Source of the DNA: Planctomycetota bacterium
GTDB lineage: Bacteria > Planctomycetota > B15-G4 > SIAN01
NCBI GenBank assembly: GCA_031409275.1
Contig: JANNXA010000033.1
Span: 64,001-128,000 of the forward strand
Reading direction: 5' to 3'
DNA length: 64,000 nt
Part shown: positions 40,657 through 50,907 of the stretch, piece by piece
Layout: every line of letters starts with the position of its first letter
Position numbering within the stretch: position 1 is the stretch's first letter
The notes under the pieces: generated by a model
What the model was told of the DNA's origin: nothing
What the model saw: only the letters and a program-made list of their open reading frames with translations
Database searches by the model: none
Translations under genes and position numbers: made by a program

Positions 40657-41879
40657 GTGCCGACCTTCGCTGCCGCCTCGATCACCACGGTGCAGCGCAT
40701 GCCGGCGACGAAGCTCGGTTCGGTGGCGTCGAGTTCGACGCTGCCGTCGTAGCTGTTCTCGCCCGCGGCGGCGCTGCGCGGACTCGGGAAGCGCTCGTAG
40801 CGCAGCCGTCCCACCATCGAACGCGCGCCATCGGCCGTGGGCGTGACTTTCACCGCCATCCCCTGCGTCAGCTTGAGGACGTGCGATTCGGGGATGTCGA
40901 GCGCCACCACCATCGCGCCCGGCTTCGCCACGGTGAAGAAGGTGCCGCGCGCGGCGAGCGATCCGCCGACGACATGGCGCGAAGGCGCGCGACCGGGCTT
41001 GTAGTCGTCGATGGCGCCGTGCAGCACGATGCCGGCCTGCGACGCGCGCAGGGTGAGCCGTTCGCGGTCGCGGCGCAGCTGCTCGACACGGTCGCGCGCC
41101 GCCTTCAGTTCCGGCTCGAGCCGGGAGAGCTGGTCGTCGCGGCTGCGCTTCTCCATCTCGAGTTGCCGCACCAGTCGCTCGCGCCCGGTTCGTGCGTCGC
41201 GGACCGCGCGCTTCTTCTGCTTCAGCGTCTGCGGATCGCCGACCTCCTCGTCGATGCGACGGCGCGCCTTCTGCAGCTCGTAGCCGATCTCGCTGCGCGC
41301 GAGCTGGCGGCGCGCCCGCTTCAGCACGATCTCTTCTGTGGCATCGGTGAGCTCGTCGGCGGTGTACATCTTCTCGAGCTGCGCGAGCTCGTCGCGCTGA
41401 TCCTCGAGCCCATCCTGCGTGTAGCCGTCGTTCAGCTCGATGCCGCGCCGCTTGAGCTCGATCTCCGTCTTTTCCCACAGATCGAGCGCCTTCTCGGCGT
41501 CCTCGATCGCGTCCGCCGCATCGGCGAGGCGCACGTCGAAGGCCTCGATCTCGAGCCGCGCCGATTCGCGCGTGTTCTGCTGGCGGATCTCGGTCGATCG
41601 CAGGTCGCGCTCCGCAGCGACGATCGCCTCGTCGATGGAGTCGAGTTTGCAGCGAGCCAACACATCGCCCGCGCGCACGGGGGTGCCATGCGCGACGACT
41701 TCAAGGAGCTCGAGCGGCCCCGAATAGGCTTCGAGCGCGAGCTTCACTTCGCTCGCTTCAGCGGGGACGAGCGTGCCCTGGCGTTCGAGCGGCTTCGGTG
41801 CTTCCTGCAGCGGCGCAGCGGCCAGCGGGATCGACAAGGCGCCGATGAGGGCGAAGCTCTTCCAACGGGTCGCGGACAC
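40653..41879 (-). CDS. HlyD/membrane-fusion-like periplasmic adaptor with long coiled coil
   Basis: GGAGGA RBS, signal peptide, lipoyl half-motifs HGTPVRAGDVL and LRASQAGIVLHG, IPESHV, FVAGM. Confidence 0.78.
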   Translation of the reverse strand: MSATRWKSFALIGALSIPLAAAPLQEAPKPLERQGTLVPAEASEVKLALEAYSGPLELLEVVAHGTPVRAGDVLARCKLDSIDEAIVAAERDLRSTEIRQQNTRESARLEIEAFDVRLADAADAIEDAEKALDLWEKTEIELKRRGIELNDGYTQDGLEDQRDELAQLEKMYTADELTDATEEIVLKRARRQLARSEIGYELQKARRRIDEEVGDPQTLKQKKRAVRDARTGRERLVRQLEMEKRSRDDQLSRLEPELKAARDRVEQLRRDRERLTLRASQAGIVLHGAIDDYKPGRAPSRHVVGGSLAARGTFFTVAKPGAMVVALDIPESHVLKLTQGMAVKVTPTADGARSMVGRLRYERFPSPRSAAAGENSYDGSVELDATEPSFVAGMRCTVVIEAAAKVGT

Positions 41880-42001
41880 GGGGAGTCCTCCATTCGAGTT
41901 GGACAGGATCGGCGCGCGGCGAGCGGCCGCATGCGGGCCGGTATGGTACGTCGGCCTCGACGACATGGGCTGCGCTGCAGTCGAACCAGGAGTGCGTGCG
42001 G

Positions 42002-42997
42002 ATGAACGTGCGGAAACTCCAAGTGGCGCTGATCGCGTCGCTACTGACGTCGGCGTGCATCACGGTGGCGCCGCCGCCCGAGGATGAAGGGCTGCCGAGC
42101 GCGCCGGCCTACGACGCGCTGCCGGCGAACGCGGCCACCGGTTCGCAAGGAGAGCCCTTCGTCGGACTCGAACTCGCCGAGGCGACCAGCGGCGGCCTTG
42201 ACGCCCTCGAGTTCCTCGCCGGTTTGCGTGTGGCGAACGTCGCGCCCGGCTCGCCCGCCGAAGCGGCGGGGCTGCGAGCGGGCGATCGCGTGCTGAGCGT
42301 CGATGGCATGAAGCTCGAGCGGCTCGACCAGTGGAGCGCGTTGCTGGCCAGCGTGGCTCCCGGTCGCACGTGGCGGATCGAGGCGGAGCGCGACGGCAAC
42401 GTCCGCGCGGCGACGCTCGAAGTCCGGCAGCGCTCGACGCCCGAGTTGCGGGCCACCGATCGCTTCGTCGAGCGGCGCCGGCTGCGTTGCACGGCGTCGA
42501 CCGTCGCGCTCGGCGCGGCGGCCAGCGGCACCGGCGCCGCGCGGACCGGCGCGCGGCTCGACGAGCTCGCCGACGACAGTCCGCTGCACGACGCCGGGAT
42601 CGAGCCGGGCGACACGCTGCTCGCGCTCGACGGCAAGGCGCTGACCGGGGCTGCCGACCTCTTCACGCGGGTCGCGGCGATGGCGCCGGGCAGCGAGGTC
42701 GAGCTCGTGGTCCAGTCGCGCGATGGCGGCGAGCGCCAGGTCGACCTCGATCTCTACGAGCCCGAGCGCCACCTGACCGCACTGCGGTTGTGGCCGCTGC
42801 TCGCCTGGAGCAAGACGCCGGATGAGCGCCGCAGCGAAGTGGTCGTGATCGACCTCTGGCTGATCTGGCTCTACAAACGGACCCACGATGGTCCCACCAC
42901 GCAGACCAGCGTGCTGCGTTTCATCTCGTGGGAGAGCGGGGTCGGGGCGTTGACCGAGGATGGCACCGACGCCGGCGCGGCGGGGGGCGGTCGATGA
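42002..42997 (+). CDS. PDZ-domain lipoprotein (two PDZ domains)
   Basis: Lipobox LLTSAC; VAPGSPAEAAGLRAGDRVLSVDG and DDSPLHDAGIEPGDTLLALDG. Confidence 0.82.
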   Translation: MNVRKLQVALIASLLTSACITVAPPPEDEGLPSAPAYDALPANAATGSQGEPFVGLELAEATSGGLDALEFLAGLRVANVAPGSPAEAAGLRAGDRVLSVDGMKLERLDQWSALLASVAPGRTWRIEAERDGNVRAATLEVRQRSTPELRATDRFVERRRLRCTASTVALGAAASGTGAARTGARLDELADDSPLHDAGIEPGDTLLALDGKALTGAADLFTRVAAMAPGSEVELVVQSRDGGERQVDLDLYEPERHLTALRLWPLLAWSKTPDERRSEVVVIDLWLIWLYKRTHDGPTTQTSVLRFISWESGVGALTEDGTDAGAAGGGR

Positions 42998-44520
42998 TGC
43001 TGGTGGCGCCGCCGATGGAGACGCCGACCTTCGTCGAGTCGCGCATCGACGTCGGCAGCGAGCGCTTCGAGTACCAGATGATCGACGTCGACGGCGATGC
43101 GCGCGTCGACCTGCTGGTGACGGTGGCGCTGGGCGGCGAGCGCAAGCTGCGCCTGTGGCGTCAACGCGCCGATGCGACGTTCCCTGCGACTCCCGATTGG
43201 CAGATCGCCGCGCCGCCCGATGTGGTCGCCTACTCGCTGCTCGAACTGCGGGACGAGCCGGGGCGCGAGCTGCTGCTGATGACGCGATCGGCGATCTACT
43301 CGCTTTCGACGACCAAGGAGGGGCTGCAGGGCAACGTCCGCCGCGAGCTCGACTTCTCCTTCTTCCCCGACCTGCCCGATCCCGATCGCCTTCCATGCTG
43401 GCGCCTCGTGATGGACCTCGACGGCGACGGCCGCGAGGAGTTGCTGGCGATGGTGGCGGGGGTGGGTCTGGGCACCCTGTTCGTCACCGGCCAGGGCAGC
43501 GAGCGTCGTCTCGAGCAGGGCGTCCTCCTCGGCTGCTACGAAGAGCCGATCCGCGCCGCGCGCGGGTCGTTCCGCTTCGGCTCCGGCGGCGTCGAGACGC
43601 AGCAAGGCGATCTTGGCACCAACCCCTCCCTCTTCCCCGGCGCGCGCAGTTCGAAGCCGGCGCTGGCGGGGGAGTTTTTGCTGGAACGACGGCGCCGATT
43701 CCAGCTGCCGCAGTTGCTCGACTTCGACGGCAACGGCACGGTCGAGCGCATCGACCTGCAGAGCGGTCAGTGGCACGTGGCGCCGGCGCTCTACATGGGC
43801 GAAGGCAAGTCGGACGCGGTGACGATCGAGCTGCCGGCGGCCGCGCGCGACGCCGACGAGCGCCTGTGGCTCGACGTCGATGGCGACGGGAAACGGGAGC
43901 TGGTCGCGTTCGAGACGAACGGCGACGACAAGCTCGCCATGACCTTCACGGCGACCCTCGATCCGGCGCATTCGCTGGCCGCGGTCATCGCGGAGACGCC
44001 GAGCGCGCGCGTGAAGCTCGCCGGGATGAGCGTCGACTTCGCGCTGGTCGATGTCGATCACGACGGCCGCCAGGACCTCACCGCGCGGGTGTTCGACATT
44101 CCGACCGGCCTCTCCACGCTGGCGACGGTGCGCCTCGACTCGGCGTTCCACGTCTTTCGCGGCGGAGCGGGCGCGACCTGGTCGAAGTCGCCCGACTTCT
44201 CCTTCGCGCGCACCTTCAAGCCCGAGCAGCTGGCGCGCGTGCAGGAGTCGCTCCTGCTCGACCTGCGCGGTGATTTCGATGCGGATGGCACGAACGACCT
44301 GGTGACGACTCAACTGGATGGCCGCGTCGAGATCCGCGCGGTGAAGAAGGAAGGGGAGAAGCTGGTGCTGGTGGAGCCGCCCTTCGCCTCGTTCCAGCCG
44401 CAAGCGCAGGTGACGCGGATCGAGACGTGGGACCTCAGCATGGATGGCGTCGCCGATCTCGTGCTGCGCCATGACCACGCGTTCACGATGTTCGTCTCGC
44501 GCGGCGGAGCCAAGCGATGA
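42994..44520 (+). CDS. FG-GAP/VCBS repeat protein
   Basis: DVDGDARVDL, DLDGDGREEL, DVDHDGRQDL, GDFDADGTNDL; ATGA overlap. Confidence 0.8.
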   Translation: MMLVAPPMETPTFVESRIDVGSERFEYQMIDVDGDARVDLLVTVALGGERKLRLWRQRADATFPATPDWQIAAPPDVVAYSLLELRDEPGRELLLMTRSAIYSLSTTKEGLQGNVRRELDFSFFPDLPDPDRLPCWRLVMDLDGDGREELLAMVAGVGLGTLFVTGQGSERRLEQGVLLGCYEEPIRAARGSFRFGSGGVETQQGDLGTNPSLFPGARSSKPALAGEFLLERRRRFQLPQLLDFDGNGTVERIDLQSGQWHVAPALYMGEGKSDAVTIELPAAARDADERLWLDVDGDGKRELVAFETNGDDKLAMTFTATLDPAHSLAAVIAETPSARVKLAGMSVDFALVDVDHDGRQDLTARVFDIPTGLSTLATVRLDSAFHVFRGGAGATWSKSPDFSFARTFKPEQLARVQESLLLDLRGDFDADGTNDLVTTQLDGRVEIRAVKKEGEKLVLVEPPFASFQPQAQVTRIETWDLSMDGVADLVLRHDHAFTMFVSRGGAKR

Positions 44521-46178
44521 GCGTGCTGCTGCTGGCGACGCTCCTGGCGCAGGCGCCTGCGACACTGGCACGCGGCGAGCCCGGCGTGCCGGTCGCGATC
44601 CAACGCGACACCGAGGGTCTCGCGCTCCTCGACTGGGATGGCGATGGCCGCCAGGAACTCCTGGTCGCGCGGTCGTACGAACTGGTCGTGGCGACGCTCG
44701 CGCGCGACGGCAAGTTGACGCCGATCCACACGATCGACCGCGGCCCTTCGCGCACGATCGCGTGGTGCATCGATGGCTCGACCCGTCCGGCGACGCTGCT
44801 CACGTTGCGCGAGGATGGTCGTCTGGAACGCCATCGCAAGGATGCGGCGGCGCAGGAGGCGGCGCGGGTCCCTGGCCTCGCGTTGCCCGGCGGCGTCTAC
44901 GCCTTCCCGTTCGCACGCGATCTCGACGGCGACGGCGACGTCGACTTCGCGCTGCCCGCCACCAACGGTCTCGAGCTGTGGTTCGTCGGCGCGGACGGCC
45001 TGGCGAAGCGTGGTCCGACGGTGCGCCATCGCGTCGACCAGTCGATGACGCTGGCGTCCCCCGAAGACGACTCGCCGTCGGTGGCGGCATCGATCGTGAT
45101 CCCCGCGTTCACCGTCGAGGATCAGAACGGCGATCGACGTCCCGACCTCGTCTTTCAGTCGAACGACCGTCTGCAGTTCTTCTGGAGCAAGCCCGACGGC
45201 TCGCTGCCCGAGGCACCGACGCTCGACGTCGACCTCGAGGAGCTGAGGAAAAAGCTCGATTCGGGCCCGCGCGGCGTGCTCGATCCGGCCAACCTCTTCA
45301 AGTTTTTCTCTGGCAGCGTCAGCGCCGAGGTGCGCGACCTCGACGGCGATGCTCGCGCCGACCTGCTGCTGCGGCAGGGTTCGAAGGTGTCGCTGTTCGC
45401 GGGCGGCGCGCAAGGGATCGATCGCAGCAAGGCGGCGCAGGTGCTGAAGGTCAGCGGCAACCTGCTGCTCGCCTTCGCGCGCGACGACAACGGCGACGGC
45501 AAGGAAGACCTCTGCCTGCTGCAGGTGGCCGATGTGTCGATCGGCCAGGTCCTGCTGTGGGTCATCGTCGGCGGCAACCTCGAGTTCGACCTCTTCACCT
45601 ACTTCCAGGAAGCGACGCTGCGCTTCAGCAAGAGCCCGTCGCGCCGCCGCCGCCTCGTGGTCGAGCTGCCGGCGCTGCTTGGCCTGCAAGAGGAGCTGCA
45701 AGACAGCCCGGTGGTGAAGCGGCTGGCGGGCGAGTTCCTGCGCGTGCCGATCGGGCTCGACCTCGACGGCGATGGAGTGCGCGGAGACGTGGCCGATCTG
45801 CAGCGCGATGGCGTCATCGCGCTGCATCGCGGGAAGACCGCGCTTGCCGCCGCGACCGATCCGAGCCTTGCGCTGCTGCGGCGCGAGCTGATCGCCCGCT
45901 TCGATCGCGTTGGCGATGGCAAGGAGGTCGTGAAGATCGAGCTGATGGAGCTGGTCGATTGGGTGCCGACGCCCGGCTCGGCGCTGCGCGCCGCCATCGC
46001 GGGCAAGACGCCGACGAGGCTCCTCGGCCTGCTCGACTCGAGCGCCTTCTCTCTCAGCGGTCGCACGCCGCAGACCGATCGCCTGCTGGTCGCAGCGGAC
46101 CTCGACGGCGACAAGAAGGACGACCTGCTCCTGCTCGATCGCGACCCGCTGACACTGGAAGTGTTCTGGGGGGAGTGA
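44517..46178 (+). CDS. FG-GAP/VCBS repeat protein
   Basis: Short signal peptide; DWDGDGRQEL, DLDGDGDVDF, DQNGDRRPDL, DLDGDKKDDLL; ATGA overlap. Confidence 0.8.
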   Translation: MSVLLLATLLAQAPATLARGEPGVPVAIQRDTEGLALLDWDGDGRQELLVARSYELVVATLARDGKLTPIHTIDRGPSRTIAWCIDGSTRPATLLTLREDGRLERHRKDAAAQEAARVPGLALPGGVYAFPFARDLDGDGDVDFALPATNGLELWFVGADGLAKRGPTVRHRVDQSMTLASPEDDSPSVAASIVIPAFTVEDQNGDRRPDLVFQSNDRLQFFWSKPDGSLPEAPTLDVDLEELRKKLDSGPRGVLDPANLFKFFSGSVSAEVRDLDGDARADLLLRQGSKVSLFAGGAQGIDRSKAAQVLKVSGNLLLAFARDDNGDGKEDLCLLQVADVSIGQVLLWVIVGGNLEFDLFTYFQEATLRFSKSPSRRRRLVVELPALLGLQEELQDSPVVKRLAGEFLRVPIGLDLDGDGVRGDVADLQRDGVIALHRGKTALAAATDPSLALLRRELIARFDRVGDGKEVVKIELMELVDWVPTPGSALRAAIAGKTPTRLLGLLDSSAFSLSGRTPQTDRLLVAADLDGDKKDDLLLLDRDPLTLEVFWGE

Positions 46179-46339
46179 GGGCGACGGATGGCCGATCGGC
46201 CCCGGGAGAGCGACCGCGTCAGCGCGCTCGGCCGGAATTGCGGTGACATCGCAACACGCTCTCGGATGGCAGGGGGAGCGAGCACGGGCGCGACCTTCGT
46301 GTCGCCGCGCCTCGCACCCTCTTCGTCATCGAGATCTTC

Positions 46340-47914
46340 ATGCGTATCGGAAGTAGTGGAAGCGGTCGATCGGCCTGGCTCAGCGCGCTCGCCGGTATCG
46401 CGATCGGACTTACGTCGCCGTCGTCGGCGCGCGGCCAGGCGAAGGAGCAGCACCTCCTGACGCCGGCGACCGGCACGCTCTACCAGGAGTTCGGCTCGAG
46501 CGTCGGAGTCAGCGGCGACGTGATGGTGGTCGGAACGCCGTTCGACAACACGAAGGCCTTCCAGGCGGGGACGACGTTCATCCATCGCTTCGATCCGGTC
46601 ATCGGCGCGTGGGTGCGCGAGCAGCAGCTCTTCGCCAGCGACTTCGAGTACGACGCGCGTTTCGGGACGGCCGTCGCCGTCGACGGCGACAAGGTCGTCG
46701 TGACCGCCAAGGGCAAGAACACCGTGAAGGGGGTCGACGCGGGACAGGCCTACGTCTTCCGCTACGACGCGGTCGCGAAGCGCTGGAACGAGGAGCAGAA
46801 GCTCGTCCCAGGCGGCGGCAAGACCGGCGACTGGTTCGGCTACTCGGTGGCCATCAGCGGCGATGACATCGTGGTCGGCGCGAACTACGCCGATGTCGGC
46901 ACGTTCGTCGATGCGGGCGCGGCCTATGTGTTCCGCTGGCAGGATCCGACCGTGAAGTGGATCGAAGAGGGGCAACTGATCGACTCGAATGCGTGGCACG
47001 GCGATCAGGCCGGCCGCTCGGTCGGCATCGACGGATCGACCGCAGTCGTCGCGTCGACGCTCTCCGATACCGGCGGCTGGCTCGACGCTGGCTCGGTCAG
47101 CGTCTTCACGCGGAACGGCTCGACGTGGAGCGAGACCGCCGAGCTCACGATCACCAACAACTACACCTACAACGACTTCGGCACCGCCGTCGCCATCAGC
47201 GGCGATCGCATCGTCGCGACGGCTCAGGGCGAGAACTACGGCACCACCATCGGAGCGGTCGGCTACTGCTACATCTTCGAACGGACCGGAGGCGCGTGGG
47301 GGCAGACCGCCCGACTCGCGAATCCGAACCTCGCGCCCTTCTCCTACTTCGGGAAGAGCGTCGCGATCCGCGGCGATCTCGTGGTGGTTGGCCATCCCGA
47401 CAACGACACGTCGAGTGCCATCGACTCGGGCGCCGCGTGGCTGTTCCGCTGGGGCAAGAAGACGGGGTGGGTTCCCGATGGCGAACTCATCGCCAGCGAC
47501 GGCGCCGCCGGCGACCGCTTCGGCGCGAGCGTTGCGCTCTCCGACGACACCATCGTCTGCGGCGCGCCGAAGAACGACACGGCGTCCGGCAGCGACTGGG
47601 GGGTGGCGTACGCCTATGCCGCCGCCGACCTCACGTTGACCCTGTCGCCGAGCCACCCGGCACCCGATCAGACCATCGACGGCGTGGTCTTCCGCGGCGC
47701 GCCGGGTGGACTCGTGCTCCTCGCCGTCGAGGAGATTTCCGGCGCGCCGCTCTTCCTCCCGTTGGTGCAGACCGTCTTCGCCGCCGACAACACCTTCACC
47801 TTCTCCGACAGTGCGCCGAACCCAGCGCTCGGCTTCCACGTCGGCGTGCGCGCCTACAAGATCGCGCCGACCGGCAAGCTGGTTGCTTCAGAACTCGCCT
47901 ACGTCGACCTCTGA
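46340..47914 (+). CDS. Secreted FG-GAP (integrin-alpha-like) beta-propeller protein with conserved C-terminal domain
   Basis: Signal peptide; seven repeats of the type FGYSVAISGD.IVVGA...DAGAAYVF; ~96-aa tail. Confidence 0.88.
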   Translation: MRIGSSGSGRSAWLSALAGIAIGLTSPSSARGQAKEQHLLTPATGTLYQEFGSSVGVSGDVMVVGTPFDNTKAFQAGTTFIHRFDPVIGAWVREQQLFASDFEYDARFGTAVAVDGDKVVVTAKGKNTVKGVDAGQAYVFRYDAVAKRWNEEQKLVPGGGKTGDWFGYSVAISGDDIVVGANYADVGTFVDAGAAYVFRWQDPTVKWIEEGQLIDSNAWHGDQAGRSVGIDGSTAVVASTLSDTGGWLDAGSVSVFTRNGSTWSETAELTITNNYTYNDFGTAVAISGDRIVATAQGENYGTTIGAVGYCYIFERTGGAWGQTARLANPNLAPFSYFGKSVAIRGDLVVVGHPDNDTSSAIDSGAAWLFRWGKKTGWVPDGELIASDGAAGDRFGASVALSDDTIVCGAPKNDTASGSDWGVAYAYAAADLTLTLSPSHPAPDQTIDGVVFRGAPGGLVLLAVEEISGAPLFLPLVQTVFAADNTFTFSDSAPNPALGFHVGVRAYKIAPTGKLVASELAYVDL

Positions 47915-48135
47915 GCGAGCAACGGCGGTCACGGGCGCGCCGACCGCAAAGCGACCCTGCCCTCGTTTCGAAACCGCGACCCCCGTGCCGAGCGTCCCCC
48001 GAGTGTCACGATCGGGGCGGATTGGCAGCGACCCCTCGCGCGCTCCTCAAGAGTGGCTACCTCTTCGTGTTGTCGCACGGCGGCGCGGGTTGCTTCGATG
48101 GCGCCGCTCCGAGCAGACCGCCGAGGGGACTCATC

Positions 48136-50907
48136 GTGAAGCACTTGAGCAAGTCGCGGCTCACCGGCGTTTCGGTGGCGTGGTTGGCTTTGGTCGCGAG
48201 CGCCGCCGCCGCGCCGCAACAGTCGCTCTGGACTGAGTACGGCGACATCCGGCGCGAACGCTTCGGGCAGTCGGTGGCGTGGCTCGACGATCTTGACGGC
48301 GACGGCGTGCGCGACTTCGCGGCGGGCGCGCCGACGTGGGACGCGTGGATCCAACCGGTGCCGCGTCACGGGATCGTGCGCATCTGCTCCGGCGCCGACG
48401 GCTCGCTGTTGCGCGAGCTGCGCGATGACGCGCACCACTCCTTCGGCTGGAAGGTTGCGAACGGCGGCGATCTCGACCGCGATGGACATGACGACGTGCT
48501 GATCGGTGCGCCGTACGACGGCAACGGCTCCGCCTTCGCGTACTCGAGCCAGTCGGGTGCGCGGTTGCTGGCGCTCGGCGACGCCGCGCCCGACGCTCGC
48601 TTGGATCTGTATGGGCTGGCCCTGGTCTCGCTCGGCCTGGTCGATGGCGATGACGTGCCGGACTTCGTGGTCGGCGTGCCAGGGGAGTTCGTGAATGGCC
48701 TCGCCGTTGGCCGGATCGAGCTGCGCTCGGGAGCCGACGGTGCGTTGCTACGTTCCCTCAATGGAGCAGACCTGTCGCTGTTCGGCAGCGAGCGGCAGCT
48801 CGACGCGGCGGGCGACGTCGATGGAGACGGCGCCGGCGATGTGCTGACCGCCGAGATCTTCTTCGCGCCAGACAACACGCCGAACTGCAACCTCGACGTC
48901 TGGTCAGGCGCCTCGTTCACCAGCCTCTTCCACGCAACGGTCACGTTGCCGCAGCGTCTCCAGTACGACCACGGTCCATGCGCGCGAGCCGTGGGCGATG
49001 TCGATGGTGATGGAACCGGCGACTTCGTCGTGTCGATGGTCGGGGCGTTCAGCACGGTCACCAGTCGTGCGGTCGTCGTCTCCGGTGCGACGGGGGCGGA
49101 GATCCGCGTGCTGACCGGCACCGCGGAATTCGGACAGAGTTGCGGCGGCGTCGGCGATGTCGATGGCGACGGATTGGCCGAGGTTGCGGTCACGCTCGGC
49201 TCGATCGAATACGGCGACGGCGATCTGCGGATCTTCAGAGGGAGCGACGGCTCGGAGCTTCGCACGATCCTCGAAGACAGCTTCCAGAGCCACGCCTTCG
49301 CGACTTCGTTCGATGCCAGCGTCGATGCCGACGGCGATGGCGTTCGCGATCTGCTGGTCGGCTCGCCTCCGTACTACAACCCGAGCAGCAGCCGGTACGG
49401 CGGTCCCGGTCGCGTCCAGCGTCGTTCGTTGCTCGACGGCTCGAAGCTCATCGCGCGTGACGGCGAGCCGACGGCTCTTCACGTGGCCGGTTCGGCGCTG
49501 CTGGTGGGCGATGTTGATGGCGATGGTCGGCTGGACGTGGTCGTGCGCGAAGTGGATGAGCTCGACTTCAACGATCCCGTGGAGCGCTTCTCGTTGCGCT
49601 CGGGAGCCGACGGCCACGAGCTGCAGTTCGCGACGCTGACGACGACCCCGATCGGCAGCTACCGCGGCACGATGCTGGCGATCCCCGATATCGATGGAGA
49701 TGGGCTCGTCGATTTCGCCTGCGCGCAGGTCGGAGGTGGCTGGCAGTTGGAGCTCCGATCGGGCGCGACGCTGCAGCTTCTGCAGTCGCTCGCCTTGTCG
49801 TCGAGCCCGTCACCCATGTTGCTCGTCGCCGCGGTTCAGCCAACGACCGGCGCGGTCGAGATCGGGGTGGGCTTGCCGACCGCCGATCATCCGCTTGGCT
49901 TCGCGGGTGTCGGTCGATTCGCGGTCTACGACGCGGTCAGCGGCGCGCTGCGCTTCGAGGTGTACGGCAAGACCGCGTTCCCCAACGAGGCGTTTGGGAC
50001 CTCGGTCGCCGCTGCCGGCGACGTCAACGGCGATGGCGTCGGCGACTGGGCGGTTGGCGGCCCGGGCAACGGGAAAGCCGCTCCGGGCTGCGGCCGGATG
50101 TCGGTCGTCTCCGGAGTCGACGGCAGCGGGCTCTACAACCTGTACGGAAGCGCTGGCCAAGGGCTGGGCACGCACTTGGCGATGCTCGCCGACTCTTCTG
50201 GCGACGGGTTGCCGGAACTCGCCGTGGTGTCGGTGCTCGGCACGGTGTCGGGGCGTGCCTTGGGCAAGGTCGAACTGATCGACAGCGCGAGCCGCACGGC
50301 CTACGCCACGCTGAACGGAACCGTCGCCGGCGAGTTCTTCCCGTCGTATCTGATCGCGTTCCCCGACCTTGATGGCGACGGGAGCGATGACCTGGCGTTC
50401 GTCGTGAGTGGCGGTGACGCCTTCCAGTTCCGCTCGGGGCGCGACTTGACGCTGATCCACCGCGTCACGAGCAGCCCGACGTACCCGCTCGCTCCGCCCC
50501 CGGTCGGCGTGACCGGCCGCATCCGGCGCGGCGGCGGACCGCTGGCCGTCAGCTGGTCAGAGTTGGACACGACCTTCGGCGAGTACGCCGGTCGCCTCGA
50601 CCTGCTTGAGCTCGATGACCTCTATCTCGAGGTCGAGCCGCGCAGCGCGCCAGCGGGTGCAACTGTCGAAGTCTGGGTGCGGCGCGGTCCGGCCGCAGTG
50701 GCGGCGGCGCTGATGCTCGAATCGATCGACGGCGCGCCGGTCGGCGTCCTGTTGGCGCTCGACGACTTCGATGGGGCGGGCGAGCTCGCGCTCGACGCGG
50801 TGATTCCACCGGGCCTTTCAGGACAGGAGTGGACGCTGCGTGGCTACGCCATCGGATGGAGCGGGAAGCTGGTGATCTCCCAGTCGAGCACCTTCACCTT
50901 CGAGTGA
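48136..50907 (+). CDS. Secreted integrin-alpha/FG-GAP repeat protein with conserved C-terminal domain
   Basis: GAGGGG RBS, GTG start, signal peptide; many FG.SVA..GDVDGDG..D..VGAP...SG.DG repeats. Confidence 0.88.
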   Translation: MKHLSKSRLTGVSVAWLALVASAAAAPQQSLWTEYGDIRRERFGQSVAWLDDLDGDGVRDFAAGAPTWDAWIQPVPRHGIVRICSGADGSLLRELRDDAHHSFGWKVANGGDLDRDGHDDVLIGAPYDGNGSAFAYSSQSGARLLALGDAAPDARLDLYGLALVSLGLVDGDDVPDFVVGVPGEFVNGLAVGRIELRSGADGALLRSLNGADLSLFGSERQLDAAGDVDGDGAGDVLTAEIFFAPDNTPNCNLDVWSGASFTSLFHATVTLPQRLQYDHGPCARAVGDVDGDGTGDFVVSMVGAFSTVTSRAVVVSGATGAEIRVLTGTAEFGQSCGGVGDVDGDGLAEVAVTLGSIEYGDGDLRIFRGSDGSELRTILEDSFQSHAFATSFDASVDADGDGVRDLLVGSPPYYNPSSSRYGGPGRVQRRSLLDGSKLIARDGEPTALHVAGSALLVGDVDGDGRLDVVVREVDELDFNDPVERFSLRSGADGHELQFATLTTTPIGSYRGTMLAIPDIDGDGLVDFACAQVGGGWQLELRSGATLQLLQSLALSSSPSPMLLVAAVQPTTGAVEIGVGLPTADHPLGFAGVGRFAVYDAVSGALRFEVYGKTAFPNEAFGTSVAAAGDVNGDGVGDWAVGGPGNGKAAPGCGRMSVVSGVDGSGLYNLYGSAGQGLGTHLAMLADSSGDGLPELAVVSVLGTVSGRALGKVELIDSASRTAYATLNGTVAGEFFPSYLIAFPDLDGDGSDDLAFVVSGGDAFQFRSGRDLTLIHRVTSSPTYPLAPPPVGVTGRIRRGGGPLAVSWSELDTTFGEYAGRLDLLELDDLYLEVEPRSAPAGATVEVWVRRGPAAVAAALMLESIDGAPVGVLLALDDFDGAGELALDAVIPPGLSGQEWTLRGYAIGWSGKLVISQSSTFTFE

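Noticed and set aside
48004..48032. ECF41-like promoter TGTCACG...CGAC
   Set aside because: Spacer is 18 nt rather than about 16 and there is no supporting second copy
46957..48135. N-terminal extension making a 1316-aa ORF
   Set aside because: Arg-rich off-frame overlap of the preceding gene; the real start is GTG 48136 with RBS and signal peptide
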